DNA of 64,000 nt from Eledone cirrhosa (GCA_964016885.1 OZ024748.1:53940001-54004000), one strand, 5' to 3'. Positions 13,009 through 27,590 are shown, counted from the stretch's first letter. The notes: generated from the sequence alone by a model not told the origin. Numbers and translations: made by a program.

Positions 13009-13469
13009 AAGTATACAAGCCTAAACACATTTTTATATTCTTTTCATACACAGAAAAAAACATAAAGTAGTATCTTTCCATGTTTCACAGTTAGATGTTA
13101 GTTCATTAGAAGACATTTAATCTTACATTTTAACAAACAGAAAGATTCTCTCATATTTTTATGTATTGAAAGAGAATACGAAAAATGTGCTCACATTTAT
13201 TCATTTTCAAAATGATGCCTATAATTTTAAAACTAATGTAGTTGCATCTATACTAAATCAATCTTAGTTGTTCTAATTTTTGCTGGGTTGAGTATAAATA
13301 TATATTATTTAATTAATTATTTTGGCAAATGAAAAGATTATGCAAATTAAACTGGTCATTGCAGTTATGATCTGGTTTGTATTTGATGTAAATAGTAACT
13401 GCTACCAATTCTCTTCGTGGGTTGAAGCCTTCAGGTTACATGTTTTCTGATGAACTGCCAGCAAGCTGA

Positions 13470-13646
13470 CACACATAGACACACACACACTTATGTATAT
13501 ATATATATATAGAGAGAGACACATACACACAAACATTGTATGTATGTACATATATGTGTATGTGTATAGGTATATATATTTATATATATAAAGGTATATA
13601 TACATATATGTGTATAGGTATATATATATATACACACATACATATA

Positions 13647-13688
<42 letters not shown>

Positions 13689-13852
13689 CATATATATATG
13701 TAAATATATATATATATATACATATATGTATATATATATACATATATATGCATATACATATCTATATCTATATATATATATAAACACATATATATATATA
13801 CACACATATATATATATATATGTAGAGGTATACTTATATATAAATGTATAGG

Positions 13853-13905
<53 letters not shown>

Positions 13906-14094
13906 CCTACTGCCACATTATTGCCAAGCAGTATGAAGAAACCATTTACAGTGTAAGCCATTAATGTAGTGAAATGTTAAAAGATCTTTATATATAAAAG
14001 ATCTTTCATCATGAGTACATTTATCTGATCACTGGAAAATCTTTAATTATCAGGCATTTCAGGGAATTTTGCCAAAATCTGTATCTTTTCAATA

Positions 14095-14163
<69 letters not shown>

Positions 14164-14253
14164 CATAAATATATACATACATAAATATATACATACCTAA
14201 ATAAATATATATATATACATTCATATATAGACATATATAAGTATGTATGTATT

Positions 14254-14309
<56 letters not shown>

Positions 14310-14342
14310 TAAAATATATTCATAAATACATACATATAAGCA

Positions 14343-14388
<46 letters not shown>

Positions 14389-14618
14389 CATACATATGTA
14401 CATATGTAGTACATACATATATATACACATATATACGTACATATGTAGTACATACACACACATATATATATGTATATATATATATACATATATATATGTA
14501 TAATTATATATATATATATGTATAAATATATATGTAAATATATATATATGTATAAATATATATATATATAAATATATATATGTATATATGTATAAATATA
14601 TATATATGTACATATATG

Positions 14619-14660
<42 letters not shown>

Positions 14661-14956
14661 CATACTTGCATATATAAATGCATACACATATACGTACATG
14701 TTTGGTGTGTGTAGAACAAGGACGTAATGCGGTGATGATAGACATATATACTTAGATTCTAAAATATATACACACACACACACCTACTTACACATATATT
14801 TCAATGTTGCATACAAATTCTTGATTCTTTATGTATGTGTATGTCAGCGTATGCATGTGTAATCTGTATATTATATGTGTATGTGTGTGTACATGTGTAT
14901 GTATATGTGTATGCGTGCATCACAGCAATTAACAAATTTTAACTGCTATTTCTCTA

Positions 14957-15017
<61 letters not shown>

Positions 15018-15279
15018 GCATATATATATATATATATATACACTCACACACATACATATATATATGTATATACACATATGCACACACATACATATATATA
15101 CACACACACACATATATATATATATACACACACATATGTACACAAATATATATACACATATACATATATATATATACATATATATATATGCATACACCTA
15201 CATAGATAGATTGTCCCATAATGAAAGTCTGATCTGAAGATACCAAGAATGATGTACGTAGGTGTATTGTTATATATAT

Positions 15280-15327
<48 letters not shown>

Positions 15328-15350
15328 TTATTTGTGTGTGTGTGAAGCTG
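13470..15350. repeat. (TA)n/(CA)n microsatellite field
   Basis: Seen directly, with short unique islands. Confidence 0.9.
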
Positions 15351-15499
15351 TGTGTATGCTGGTATGGTAACTAAGTCAATAAACACATATTTCAAGGTTT
15401 CATACAGCAAGCTTCATACAGAAACAACTGCTTTCATTACTGGTAGTAGAATAATTGCTGTTTCTCACACACCTTCGCCCCCTCAGCTACAGTATTGTC

Positions 15500-15535
<36 letters not shown>

Positions 15536-15679
15536 TATACATACATACACACACACATACACACATGTATACATGTGTGTGTATATATATATAATCATCA
15601 TCATGATCATCACTGTTTTACATCCATTTTTCCATACAAGCATGGGCTAGATGATATATATATATATATATATATAAAA

Positions 15680-15890
15680 TACACAGTTCACACTGTAATG
15701 TGGTCGTGTAGGTAACACGGTAAAAAGCTCCCAGTTCACACTGTAAATGTGGTTGGTGTTAGGAAGGGCATCCTGCCGTAGAAAACCTGCCAGACACGGT
15801 GACCCAACCAATCTTGCCTCAAATGGGAGAATTCCCGTCTAACCCATACTAGCTGGAAAGATAGACGTCAAACGATGATAATGATAATAA
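15680..15890 (+). mobile_element. SINE or RTE 3' tail fragment
   Basis: ggtgttaggaagggcatcc...gacgtcaaacgatgat matches the RTE 3' UTR at 38259-38400. Confidence 0.7.
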
Positions 15891-16021
15891 TATACATATA
15901 TAATCATCATTTAACATTTCTTTTCCCTGCATATATATCATCATCATCATCATCATCATTTAAAGTTTGCATTCCCTGGTGTATGTATGCGTGTATGTAT
16001 GTATGTGTGTATGTTAATCTT

Positions 16022-16331
16022 ATATCATTTCATTTTACGTCCGCTTTTTCCCTGCTTGCAAGGGTGGGACGGGAACTGATTCTGGCTTGATTTCTACAGC
16101 TGGATGCCCTTCCTAACACCAACCTCATTTACAGTGAGTGCTGGGTGCTATTTTTCCGTGGCACCTACACGTCCACTTTACAGTGGAATGATATGGACCC
16201 TATCATCTCATTTATACAGCTGAGTAAACTGGTAAACTACAGCTGAGTAAACACATCGCCCGGTCTGAGAATTGAACTCACAACCTTTCGATTGCAAGGC
16301 CAATGCTCTAACCACTAAGCCATGTGCCTCC
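16022..16331 (-). mobile_element. SINE family B (tRNA head plus RTE-derived tail)
   Basis: Reverse complement of 35511-35855 with an internal deletion. Confidence 0.82.
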
Positions 16332-16427
16332 TGTGTATGTAGCAAGACAAATACAAAGATGCAAAAAACAAAGCCATATTTGGTTCATGCCTGGGAATAA
16401 AGATAAAGAAATATAAATGAATAAATG

Positions 16428-16464
16428 TGTTAACATATCAGACATAAGTCCTTCATCAGGAAAG
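16428..16464 (-). ncRNA. Degenerate hammerhead motif
   Basis: CTGATGA-a-GGAC-ttat-GTCT-GATA-tg-TT; GAAA is mutated; same family as 49953-49988. Confidence 0.45.
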
Positions 16465-16744
16465 AGTAGAAGTCAGAGAGAGAGAGGATGTTGGTAGGTT
16501 AGAGAAAACCAAAGCGTTTCTAAGATGTGTGAGGAAGGTTGGTGAATAGTCCAGTGGGAGCCGATGATTGGAGTCCAGGTGTATCATTGATACTGTTACC
16601 TGTGTGTGTAGATGGCGTGCATTTCATGCTGGCTCTAGTATAAAATGTAGCCAGTATTTGATATATTAACCAGTTTCTTTTGTTGTTGTTGTTGAGCTTC
16701 AGATTAGCCACTGATTCAACAAACTTCTAATCAAAGTCATATTT

Positions 16745-17150
16745 ATGGATTGGCAGAACTGGTAGAGCATCACCAGACCTGTCAACTATCCCCGTCCGGT
16801 GGGGAGATCTCTCACCCACTTTGGGGGAGTGAGAGTTGTCTTCTGTAAAAATGGGTACAGCTTCCATTATGTAAAATCTCCCCATTTTGCCTCATTTCTT
16901 CCCGTTTTGGGGCACTTTTTTTTTCATGGTTCTCCCCGTTTGGGTTTTTAAAGGTTGTCCAGTCTGCATCTGATAAAATATCTTTGTGGTATTCATTTCA
17001 GCTCTTTACATTCTGTGTTCAAGTCCTTCAGAGGTCAATGTTCCACCCTTCTGGGATCAATAAAATCAACTACCAGTCAAATACTGGGTTGATTTAATCA
17101 CCTTTGCCCTGCCCAAAAATTTGCTGGCATTGTGCCTAAATTAAAAATCA
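16745..17150 (+). mobile_element. SINE family A with nested 6-bp-TSD MITE (16774-16966)
   Basis: The SINE head is split at catcac|...|catctg. Confidence 0.75.
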
Positions 17151-17560
17151 ATATTTATGTCCTTCATGTGTTATCTCCCTTTACAACGATCTTCCCTTTG
17201 TAGTTCATATCTTAGGAGAATGAATAAATCAGACAAAAGTAGTGAAGGTGATGTAATTGATTCAAACCATTTAAAGTAGTGCCCCAGCAGGGCCACTGAT
17301 CAATAACTGAAATGAGTAAAATAATCTTCTCTTTGATCTTAGCCAAAACAGCCACTAAATGAACAATAATAACAATAATGATAATAATAACAATAAAAAT
17401 AATATGAATATTGTGAGTAAAGAGGTTGAAGAAAATCACCAAGTACTCCGAATTGAAAGTGGAAATGGTAAGACTGTTTGGTATGTGATGGTGTAATGTG
17501 AAAGTGATATCAGTTGTGATTAGAGCATTAGGGTCAATCCCATTGAAACTTCAAGACTTC

Positions 17561-17774
17561 TTAACCCTTTAGCGTTTACGTAACTCTATATATACTATTA
17601 TATTTTCACGGTAAAGGCTTTACCTCACATAATCATTTCAGATTTTGATGTTATTTATTTTGAGAACAACAACTACCTTAACAACAGTATGAGCGGCTAG
17701 TTACAGCCAATTTGAACAGAAAGAGGTGAGAGAATTCTGGCCGGATATGGCCGGTTTAAATGCTAAAGGGTTAA
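17561..17774. mobile_element. piggyBac-type MITE
   Basis: TTAA|CCCTTTAGC...GCTAAAGGG|TTAA. Confidence 0.88.
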
Positions 17775-17932
17775 AGTGGTTGGGAATACCATGCAAGATT
17801 GTTGTTATAAAAGCATCAGCCTTACTAGGCACAGTGCACATTTTAAAGAAGTTATTATCTGTTTGAGGTCCTTGTGAATTGACAGATGACTAAATACTCC
17901 AGTGTATTTTCCATTTATACTGCATGACAAAT

Positions 17933-18790
17933 TAATTGTTTCTACATTTGGCACAAGGCCAGCAATTACCCAGTACATTACTGGTACTTTATTTTATCGA
18001 CCCCGTAAGGACGAAAGGCAAAGTCAACCTCGGCGGGATTTGAACTCAGATTGTAAAGGGACGTAACTATGCTGGAAAGCATGGCGTCCGACTCTCTACC
18101 TATACTGCCAACCCACCAATGGTGATAATGGTTTCTACTTTAGGCACAAGGCAAGCAATTTGGGGAGAGAAGTCAATCAAATTGACCCCAGTGCATTACT
18201 GGTGCTTTATTTTATCAACCCGCTAAGGATGAAAGGCAAAGCTAAACTCCGTAGAATTTGAAGTCAGAATGTAAAGGGCTGTAACTATATGCCACAAAGC
18301 ATTTTATCTGGCTCTCTACCAATACTGCCAATCAAATAATAATAATAATAATGATTACTTATTTAGGCACATGGCCAACAATTTTGGAGGGAAGGGAAAG
18401 TTGATTGTATCGACCCCCGTGTGTTACTGGTACTTTATTTTACCGCCCCCGTAAGGATGAAAGGCAAAGTTAACCTTGGCGGGATTTGAACTCAGACCGT
18501 AAAGGGCCACAACTCTATGTTGTAAAGCATGGCGTTTGACCCTCTACCGATACTGCCAATCCTCGCAATAATAATTGTTTCTACTTTTGGCACAAGGCCA
18601 GCAATTACCCAGTACATTACTGGTACTTTATTTTATCGACCCCGTAAGGATGAAAGGCAAAGTTGACCTCGGCGGGATTTGAACTCAGATCATAAACGGA
18701 CGTAACTCTATGCTTCAAAGCATGGCGTCCAACCCTCTACCGTTACTGCCAATCCACCGCAATAATAATGATAATAATAATGATAGTAAT
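17933..18790 (-). mobile_element. Head-to-tail cluster of four SINE-A copies
   Basis: Repeated ggcacaaggccagcaat...ctggtactttattttatcgaccccgtaaggatgaaaggcaaag...gatttgaactcag separated by (AAT)n. Confidence 0.9.
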
Positions 18791-19284
18791 AATTTCTTTA
18801 TTAGCCACAAGGTTTTTGCACATAGAATTACAGTAAACATTATAAAGACAGGAGTTAGAATACATGTGAGACTAGACAGACAAAGGTATATAAAATGGAA
18901 GATAGGGGCAAGGACCTTATATTATAAACAGACTAATTTGATAAAAACCTGAATATAAGTAGAAAATAAAATGCAATTTAGTTCAATTTATGCCCATTTT
19001 AATTTTGGAGGTAAGAATACAATGATAGCCAAGAAAAAAGTAAAAGAAATGTAAGAAAAAGGAATGGATACTTTGGTAAAGTGAATGTGTACTTAATAAC
19101 AAAATTCTGTTCCTGTAAACAGCTGTATTTTCGCTTTTGTCCGAAGTTGGAAAGAAGAGTAAATTTGGAGTTCTTTTAGACTAGAAAGCCTAATTTTATC
19201 GCAGAACAAAGGGAAGATAACATTTATAGATTATCTTGGCAACAGTGTATAATGTAGGGAGCAGTTTTGTACATTGTTTGCTTC

Positions 19285-19700
19285 TGGTGGTAGTAGTAGT
19301 AGTAGTAGTAGTTGTTGTCGATGTTGTTTGTTGTAGTGTTGTTGTAGTCGCTATTGATGTTAGTAGTTGTAGTTAGTAGTAGTAGTAGTAGTTGATGATT
19401 GCTGTAGTAGTAGTTGTTGTCGATGTTTATTATAGTTCCAGTAGTAGTTGTAGTAGTAGTAGTTTTTGTTGTTGTTTGTTGTAGTGTTTTTGTAGTTGCT
19501 GTCGATATCTGTTGTTGTAGTAGTAGTAGTAGTTGTTGATGTTTATTAAAGTAATAGTAGTAGTAGTAGTTGTAGTTGATGTCTGTTATAGTAGTAGTAG
19601 TAGTAGTAATGGTAGTTGTAGTTGTTTTGCTATCTGTTATAGTAGTAGTAGTAGCAGTAGTAGTAGTAGTATTTGTGGTGGTGATGGTGGTGGTATTGTC
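19285..19700. repeat. (TAG)n/(GTT)n degenerate triplet repeat
   Basis: Seen directly. Confidence 0.9.
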
Positions 19701-20029
19701 ATTATAGTATTTGTGATTTTCTTATGTGGCCTGGTTGCTTTTTGATTTTTTGTTGTTGTTGTTTTGTTGTTGTTTGTTTGTATTCCTTGTTTAATTCTTC
19801 CATTCCTTCTTCTCGTTGATTAAACTCTGTTCCTTGTATTCCTATTGCTAGAAGTTAAATAAATATATTGTTAAACTTAAGCCACTGCAGCTGGCCAAAG
19901 CAAATATCTCGGCCAACTAGAATAGGAGAGAGTTTTGTTTGGATGTCTTGTTTTATTATTATTATTAAACAGAACAACAAGAACAACAGCAAACAACGAT
20001 AATAAAAATATCAGGCATTATCATCACAA

Positions 20030-20914
20030 TAGTAATAATAATAATTGTTTCTACTTTTGGCACAAGGCCAGCAATTATCCCAGTGTATTACTGGTACTTT
20101 ATTTTATCGACCCCGTAAGGATGAAAGGCAAAGTTAACCTCGATCGGATTTGAACTCAGACCGTAAAGGGACATAACTATGCATCAAAGCATGGTGTCCA
20201 ACTCCCTACCGATACTGCCAATTCACCACCCTTGAATAATAGTAATGATAATAATAGTTTCTACCTTAGGCACAAGGCCAGCAATTTGAAGGGAAAGGGG
20301 AAAGTCGACTAAATTGACACCAGTGCATTACTGGTACTTTATTTTATCGACCTCATAAGGATGAAAGACAAAGCTAGCCTTGGTGTAACTAAATGCCGCA
20401 ACTAAATGGTGTAACTAAATGCCAATCCACTGAATAATAATTGTTTCTACTTTTGGCACAAAGGTCAGCAATTACCTCAGTGCATTACTGGTACTTTATT
20501 TTATTGACCTTGACCCCATAAGGATGAAAGGCAAAGTTAACCTCGGCGGGATTTGAACTCAGACCGCAAAGGGCCGTAACTCTATGCTGCAAAGCATGGC
20601 GTCCGACCCTATACTGATACTGGTTTCTGATTTAGGCTCAAGGCCAACAATTTTTGGGGAGGGGAAACTCTATTAAATTGACTCTAGTGTATTACTGGTA
20701 CTTTATTTTATTGACCTCCATAAGGATGCAAGGCAAAGTTAACTTCAGCACGATTTGCACTCAGAATGTAAATTAACCCTAGTGCATTACTGGTACCTTG
20801 TTTTGTGAACTCCAGAAGGATGAAAGCAATGATGGATTTGAACTCAGTGTAAAGAAACAAAATGAATATTCCTAAACGTTGAACCAGTGACCCTAATGAC
20901 TCTACCATTCTTCC

Positions 20915-20915
<1 letters not shown>
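20030..20915 (-). mobile_element. Head-to-tail cluster of about five SINE-A copies or fragments
   Basis: Same motifs as 17933-18790. Confidence 0.85.
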
Positions 20916-20945
<30 letters not shown>

Positions 20946-21715
20946 CTTCTTCTTCTTCTTCTTCTTCTTCTTCTTCTTCTTCTTCTTCTTCTTCTTCTTC
21001 TTCTTCTTCTTCTTCTTCTTCTTCTTTTTCTTTTTCTTCTTCTCCTTCTCCCTCTTTAAGGCCTGATTCATCCTAAGTGAGAGATCCCAGAAGCATCATT
21101 GTGCATAGAACTGCCCAGGTCCACCAGTACCCTCCATCGCAGGCGGTCCTGTGCCAGCTCCTCTGCATCCTCCAAGATGATGTTGAGCCTCCGAAGATCT
21201 TCCCTGATGATATCCAGCCATCTGATGTGAGACCTGCCACATAGCCTCTTCCAGCCTGCAGCCGCTGTGTAGAACGAGAGTAAGGCCCTGGTAGGATGAT
21301 GTCATGGGAAGCGGAGCACATGTCTGTACCAGCGCATGCGGTGGATAACTATGAGGTGGGAAGATGTGGGCTGATGCGTGCATTCATGCAAAACTTTGTT
21401 GGAAATGTGGTGGTGGCATCTGATGTTTTTTATGGTACTCAGGGCTCTGCTATCGAAGCTATTGATCCTCTTTACAAGGATCTTTATAAGGGGCCACATT
21501 TCTGCTCCATAGAGGAGAACAGAGAGGGCCGATGTGTTGTAAATTCAAAGCTTTGTTTTCTGGGGGGAATTGAGAAGTGGCACCAAAGGGGCTTCCATTG
21601 GAAGTGCATGACCCCCCCAGCAGCCAGGCCACAACTGTAGTTGACCTCCGGTGTCAGGTCTCCATTGTTGGTGACAGTCAAGTCCAGGTAAATGAAAGAG
21701 CTGAGAAACTGCCAC
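20916..21715 (-). mobile_element. RTE-clade LINE 3' fragment (frameshifted) with a (GAA)n tail
   Basis: Minus-strand pieces FIYLDLTVTNNGDLTPEVN...KPLW and LEDAEELAQDRLRWR; (TTC)n at 20916-21050 is the tail. Confidence 0.75.
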
Positions 21716-21719
21716 ATTC

Positions 21720-21930
21720 ACGGATTGGCAGTATCGGTAGAGCATCAGACACCATGCTTTGTAGCATAGAGTTATGGCCCTTTGCGTTCTGAGTTCAAAT
21801 CCTGCCAAAATTAGCTTTGCGCTTTGATAAAATAAAGCACCAGTAATGCACTGGGGTGGATTTTTATCCACTTCTCCTCTCCCCCAAATTGCTGGCCTTT
21901 TGCCTAAAGTAGAAATCATTAATAATGATA
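21720..21930 (+). mobile_element. SINE family A
   Basis: ggattggcagtatcggtagag...gagttcaaatcc...gataaaataaag...aaagtagaaatcatt. Confidence 0.85.
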
Positions 21931-22049
21931 ATTATTGTTTCGACATTTGGCACATTGCCAGCCATTAGAAAGGGGGGGGGGGACCAAATCGATTCCAGTG
22001 TGTTACTGGTACTTTAATTTGACCACCAACAAATACAATAATCCCAATA

Positions 22050-22062
22050 CTGATCATGATAG

Positions 22063-22096
<34 letters not shown>

Positions 22097-22520
22097 ATAA
22101 TGAAAGTGATGGCGATAATTAGAACAGTGCTGATGATAGTGATGATGATGATGGTTTTGATGATGATTATGATGATGATGATGATGATGATGATGATAGA
22201 GATGGTGATGATGATGATGGTGGTGGTGATGATGAAGGATCGTGGAGATGGTGATGATGATGATGACGATGAAGGTGGTGGAGACGGTGGTGATGATGAT
22301 GATGATGATGACGATGCTAATTACAGTAGTCATGGTGATGATAATGTTGATCGTGATCAATTAACGAGGAGGTCGATAATGGGAATGATGATGGGGTGGA
22401 GTAGTAAGAGTTGGTGATAGTGATGATGGTGATGATGTTGGTGGTGGTGGTGGTGGTGGTGGTGGTGGTGGTGGTGGTGGTGGTGATGGCGGTGGTGGTG
22501 GTGGTGGTGATGGTGATTGT
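22050..22520. repeat. (GAT)n/(GGT)n repeats
   Basis: Seen directly. Confidence 0.92.
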
Positions 22521-22637
22521 GGTAATAACGTTAATTATATAATTAATTATAATTATGTAACAAACAAAAAAGTAACTGAAAATCTCAGTGTAGATTAGGT
22601 ACACGTTTCTGGATCAATAAGGTACAGAATACAGACA

Positions 22638-22639
<2 letters not shown>

Positions 22640-22679
<40 letters not shown>

Positions 22680-22825
22680 CTGTGTGTGTATATATATATG
22701 TGTGTGTGTGTGTATATATGTGTGTGTGTGTGTGTATATATGTGTGTGTGTGTGTGTATATATATATGTGTGTGTGTGTGTGTGTATATATATGTGTGTC
22801 TGTGTATATATACATATATACTCAC

Positions 22826-22875
<50 letters not shown>

Positions 22876-23073
22876 GTGTGTGTGTGTGTATATATATATA
22901 TGTGTGTGTGTATATATATATATGTGTGTGTGTCTGTGTATATATATACATATATACTCACATATTTATATATATATATATACACACACATTGTGTGCAC
23001 ACACAATATATATATATATTTTTTTTTTGTCTGTATATTTATTTGTGTGTGTTTGTGTATTTATGTGTGTGTG

Positions 23074-23135
<62 letters not shown>

Positions 23136-23930
23136 AACTCAGTATGCAACATTATAGATAGTATACATAGTATATACAGTATACATACTATACACAGTAT
23201 ACACACTGTATACACAGTATATACACTATATAAAGTGTACACACTGTATACACAGTATATACACTATATACAGTATACACACTGTATATACAGTATACAT
23301 ACTATACACTGTATACACAGTATATACACTATATAAAGTATACACACTGTATACACAGTATATACACTATATACAGTATACACACTGTATACACAGTATA
23401 TACACTATATACAGTATACACACTGTATACACAGTATATACACTATATACACTGTATACACAGTATATACACTATATACAGTATACACACTGTATACACA
23501 GTGTATACACTATATACAGTATACACACTGTATACACAGTATATACACTATATACAGTATACACACTGTATACACAGTATATACACTATATACAGTATAC
23601 ACACTGTATACACAGTATATACACTATATACAGTATACACAGTATATACACTATATACAGTATATACACTATATACAGTATACACAGTATATACACTATA
23701 TACAGTATACACAGTATATACACTATATACAGTATACACAGTATATACACTGTATACAGTATACACAGTATATACACTATATACAGTATACACAGTATAT
23801 ACACTATATACAGTATACACAGTATATACACTATATACAGTATACACAGTATATACACTATATACAGTATACACAGTATATACACTATATACAGTATACA
23901 CAGTATATACACTATATACAGTATACAGAC
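22640..23930. repeat. (TG)/(TA) microsatellite followed by a 27-38-bp cagtatacacagtatatacactatata minisatellite
   Basis: Seen directly. Confidence 0.92.
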
Positions 23931-24569
23931 TAAGAAATAATTAAACAAATATAAATGTTAATAGAGAACAAAAAATTAAAAAAGCCATAAAACAAGATGA
24001 GGAAGGGGTGTATATAATTATATTAATTAATGGATAAGTCTGCAAATATATATGTGGGGGGGGGGTGAGTATGTATGTGTGTGTGTGGGTATGTATGTGT
24101 GTGAGTATGTATGTGTGTGTGTGGGTATGTATGTGTACGTGTATGTGTGTTTCTATTTAAGGCGTTGTGAGTTGGGCGTCGGATAAATTTATCATCATCA
24201 TCGACACCATCATCATCATTGTCATCACTACCACCACCACCATTGTCATCACTACCACCACCACCATTGTCATCACTACCACCACCATTATCCCCGTTGT
24301 TATCGTCATCACCATCATCATTGTCATCATTATCATCATTACCATCATCGTGGTCATTGTCATCATTATCATCTTCATTATCACCACTACCATCATCATC
24401 ATTATGATCGTCATCACCATCACCACCACCACCGTCATAATTATCATCGTCAACACCACCACCATCGTCACCATTGTCATCATCATCACACCACAATCAT
24501 CACCATCACCATCATCATCACCATTGTCATCACCACCTCCTCCACCATCATCATCCATCATCATCATTT

Positions 24570-24790
24570 CTATGACCCCCTATCTCCCAGCTTACATGTG
24601 TTAGATGAATGTTCTCCAGTACAGTTTGTCCTCACTTGAGGTCCTTTGTCATCTCCTATGGTGATATCCAACATACTGGGATCAGCTCTTAACACCTCTG
24701 CCCAGGTCTTCCACTTCTTCAGCTTCCCTCCACATGAAAACACCTGCCACATCTTCTTCACTTAATGGTCATCATCCATACACACCTCGT
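24570..24790 (-). mobile_element. Old RTE 3' fragment
   Basis: KTWAEVLRAD...LDIT resembles the RTE C-terminal PRKTW.E....DL motif. Confidence 0.5.
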
Positions 24791-25049
24791 GGTTACTGTT
24801 TCTAGAATGTCAATCGACCAGATATAGGCTTCTGTTCTTGTCTCAATAATTGTGAGACATCTTCATCATTGTCATTTAACGTCCATCTTCCATGCTTAGC
24901 ATGGGTAGGACAGTCTGTCCCTTTGTGAGAGATCAGGTTGGGGGACCTTGCTTTGCTCACACATAACGGATTTTGGCTTGGTTTCTATGGCTAGATGACC
25001 TTCCTACTGCCAACCACCTTTATATATATAGATGGTTATATACTGTGGG

Positions 25050-25330
25050 TGAAGGTACATGGCTTAGTGGTTAGAGCAGTAGGCTTGCAATCGAAAGGTT
25101 GTGAGTTCAATTCTCGGACCGGGTGATGTGTTGTTTCCTTGAGCAAGACACTTTCTTTCACATTGCTCCAGTTTACTCAGCTGAAAATGAGTACCAGCAA
25201 TAGCTGGAGGTTTAACCCTGTGACGGACTGGCGTCCTCTCCAGGGGGAGTCTTGTACTCTCAGTCGTTTCACGCCATGAAACCAGGATAAGCACCGGCCA
25301 AATGAGCCTTCTGGCTTAAGACAGACTTTA
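25050..25330 (+). mobile_element. CORE-type tRNA SINE (family B head, different tail)
   Basis: ggcttagtggttagagc...gagttcaattctc...ccttgagcaagacactt. Confidence 0.82.
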
Positions 25331-25370
25331 GACTTTTTATATACTGTGGTGTCAATACTTTGATAAATAT

Positions 25371-25575
25371 ATAATAATAATGAAAATATTGTGTACAGTG
25401 CTCAGGTGCACTACAACTCATCAAAAGTGTATGTATAGTACATAGGGTAATGTACAAACGTCAGGAAAATGAACAGTGCATGAGTCATGATATACAGATG
25501 TGTGCATGTGTATGGAAGGGGGACATCATGGTGTAGTTTTGGCGAATTTCGGGAAGCATGAGGGTTTTAAAGGAT
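25371..25575 (-). mobile_element. CR1-like LINE 3' end with an (ATT)n tail; other copies at 49598-49710 and 54655-54960
   Basis: Three copies share tgtacagtgctcaggtgcactacaactcatcaaa, with a common 3' end and variable 5' truncation; the clade is inferred. Confidence 0.6.
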
Positions 25576-25586
25576 TTATCAGTGAT

Positions 25587-26016
25587 TTAAACCTTTAACA
25601 TTTACATTACACTGTATATACTATTGTATTTTCATGGTAAAAGCTTTACATCATATAATTATCTCACATAATATCGAATCTATGAGATTTTGATATTATT
25701 TATTTTGATGGTGGTGGTAGTGGTGGTGAATTGGCAGTATCGGTAGAGGATTGGACGCTATGCTTTCTAGCATAGTTACGTCCCTTTATGGTCTGAGTTC
25801 AAATCCCGTCGAGGTTAACTTTGACTTTCATCCTTACGGGGTCGATAAAATAAAGTACCAGTAATGTACTGGGTAATTACTGGCTTTGTGCCAAAAGTAG
25901 AAACAATTATTTATTTTGAGAAAAATACCTTAACATCAGTATGCACGGCTAGTTTGAACAGAAAGTGGTAAGAAAATTCTGGCCGGACATGGCCGGTTTA
26001 AATGCTAATGGGTTAA
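25587..26016. mobile_element. piggyBac-type MITE with nested SINE-A (25709-25905, plus)
   Basis: TTAA ends; SINE TSD attatttattttga at 25695-25708 and 25906-25919. Confidence 0.82.
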
Positions 26017-26289
26017 GGGTGATTTGGTTACTATTTCTAGCATGTCAATCAACCAGTAGTGGTAGTGAAGGTCATACAGAGTTCTTGACTAAATATTGTG
26101 AGACATGTAGATGGTGTTTAATCTGTAGTGTCAATACTTTGGTAAATATATTATTATGAGATTGATTGATTGAATAAAACTGATTGATTCAATCAATTGC
26201 TGCTTTCTTAACCAATACCACCACCACCACCATCGCCACCACCTTCACCACTACCTTCTCTCTATGACCACTACCACCATTTCCTTCCC

Positions 26290-26318
26290 TCTATGACCAC
26301 CACCACAATCAGTATCAC

Positions 26319-26354
<36 letters not shown>

Positions 26355-26364
26355 CGCTACCACC

Positions 26365-26406
<42 letters not shown>

Positions 26407-26418
26407 GCTACCACCACC

Positions 26419-26462
<44 letters not shown>

Positions 26463-26490
26463 CAACACTAATACTACCACCACCACCACC

Positions 26491-26528
<38 letters not shown>

Positions 26529-26553
26529 CAACACTAATACTACCACCACCACC

Positions 26554-26592
<39 letters not shown>

Positions 26593-26601
26593 GCTACCAC
26601 C

Positions 26602-26646
<45 letters not shown>

Positions 26647-26652
26647 GCTACC

Positions 26653-26687
<35 letters not shown>

Positions 26688-26742
26688 CAACACTAATACT
26701 ACCACCACCACCACTACTACTACTACTAGTACTACTACTACT
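26290..26742. repeat. (ACT)n/(ACC)n compound repeat
   Basis: Seen directly. Confidence 0.93.
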
Positions 26743-26884
26743 GTGTATATTTTACCTGTTGTTATTCGTAAACCAATCACAGAGAAATAGTTGTTGCCTT
26801 GTTTAAAAGATCAGAAGGAAAAACTTGAATGTCTACCAAGTCCTTTCAGTAAAGCATAGGGAAAGGTTTCCTCATGATCATGGT

Positions 26885-26982
26885 ATAATATATATATATA
26901 ATATATATAATATAATATATATGTCTATCTATCTACCTACATATATATATATATATGTCTATCTATCTACCTATATATATAT

Positions 26983-27018
<36 letters not shown>

Positions 27019-27031
27019 GTCTATCTATCTA

Positions 27032-27065
<34 letters not shown>

Positions 27066-27559
27066 TATCACTCTACCTATATATATATATATATATATAT
27101 GTCTATATATCTACCTATATATATATATATGTCTATCTATCTACCTATATATATATGTCTATCTATCTACCTATATATATATATATATGTCTATCACTCT
27201 ACCTATATATATGTCTATATATCTACCTATATATATATATATATGTCTATCTATCTACCTATATATATATGTCTATCTATCTACCTATATATATATATAT
27301 ATGTCTATCTATCTACCTATATATATATCTATATATCTACCTATATATATATATATATATGTCTATCTATCTACCTATATATAGGTAGCTAGATAGACAA
27401 CTATAGACACACACACACACACATATATATGCATGCACACATGTATATATGTAGAGAGATAAATAAATAACCAACCTTACACACATATGTACATACATTA
27501 TAAACATATATATATATATGCATGCACACATGTACATGTACATGTGTATGTATATATAC

Positions 27560-27590
<31 letters not shown>

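Noticed and set aside
13440-15270. Isolated CTGATGA (~13447) and CTGAAGA (~15234) heptamers
   Set aside because: No matching GAAA or closing stems
18790-19285. Possible further non-LTR 3' end on the minus strand
   Set aside because: Only AATAAA plus an ATT tail; single copy with no recognisable peptide
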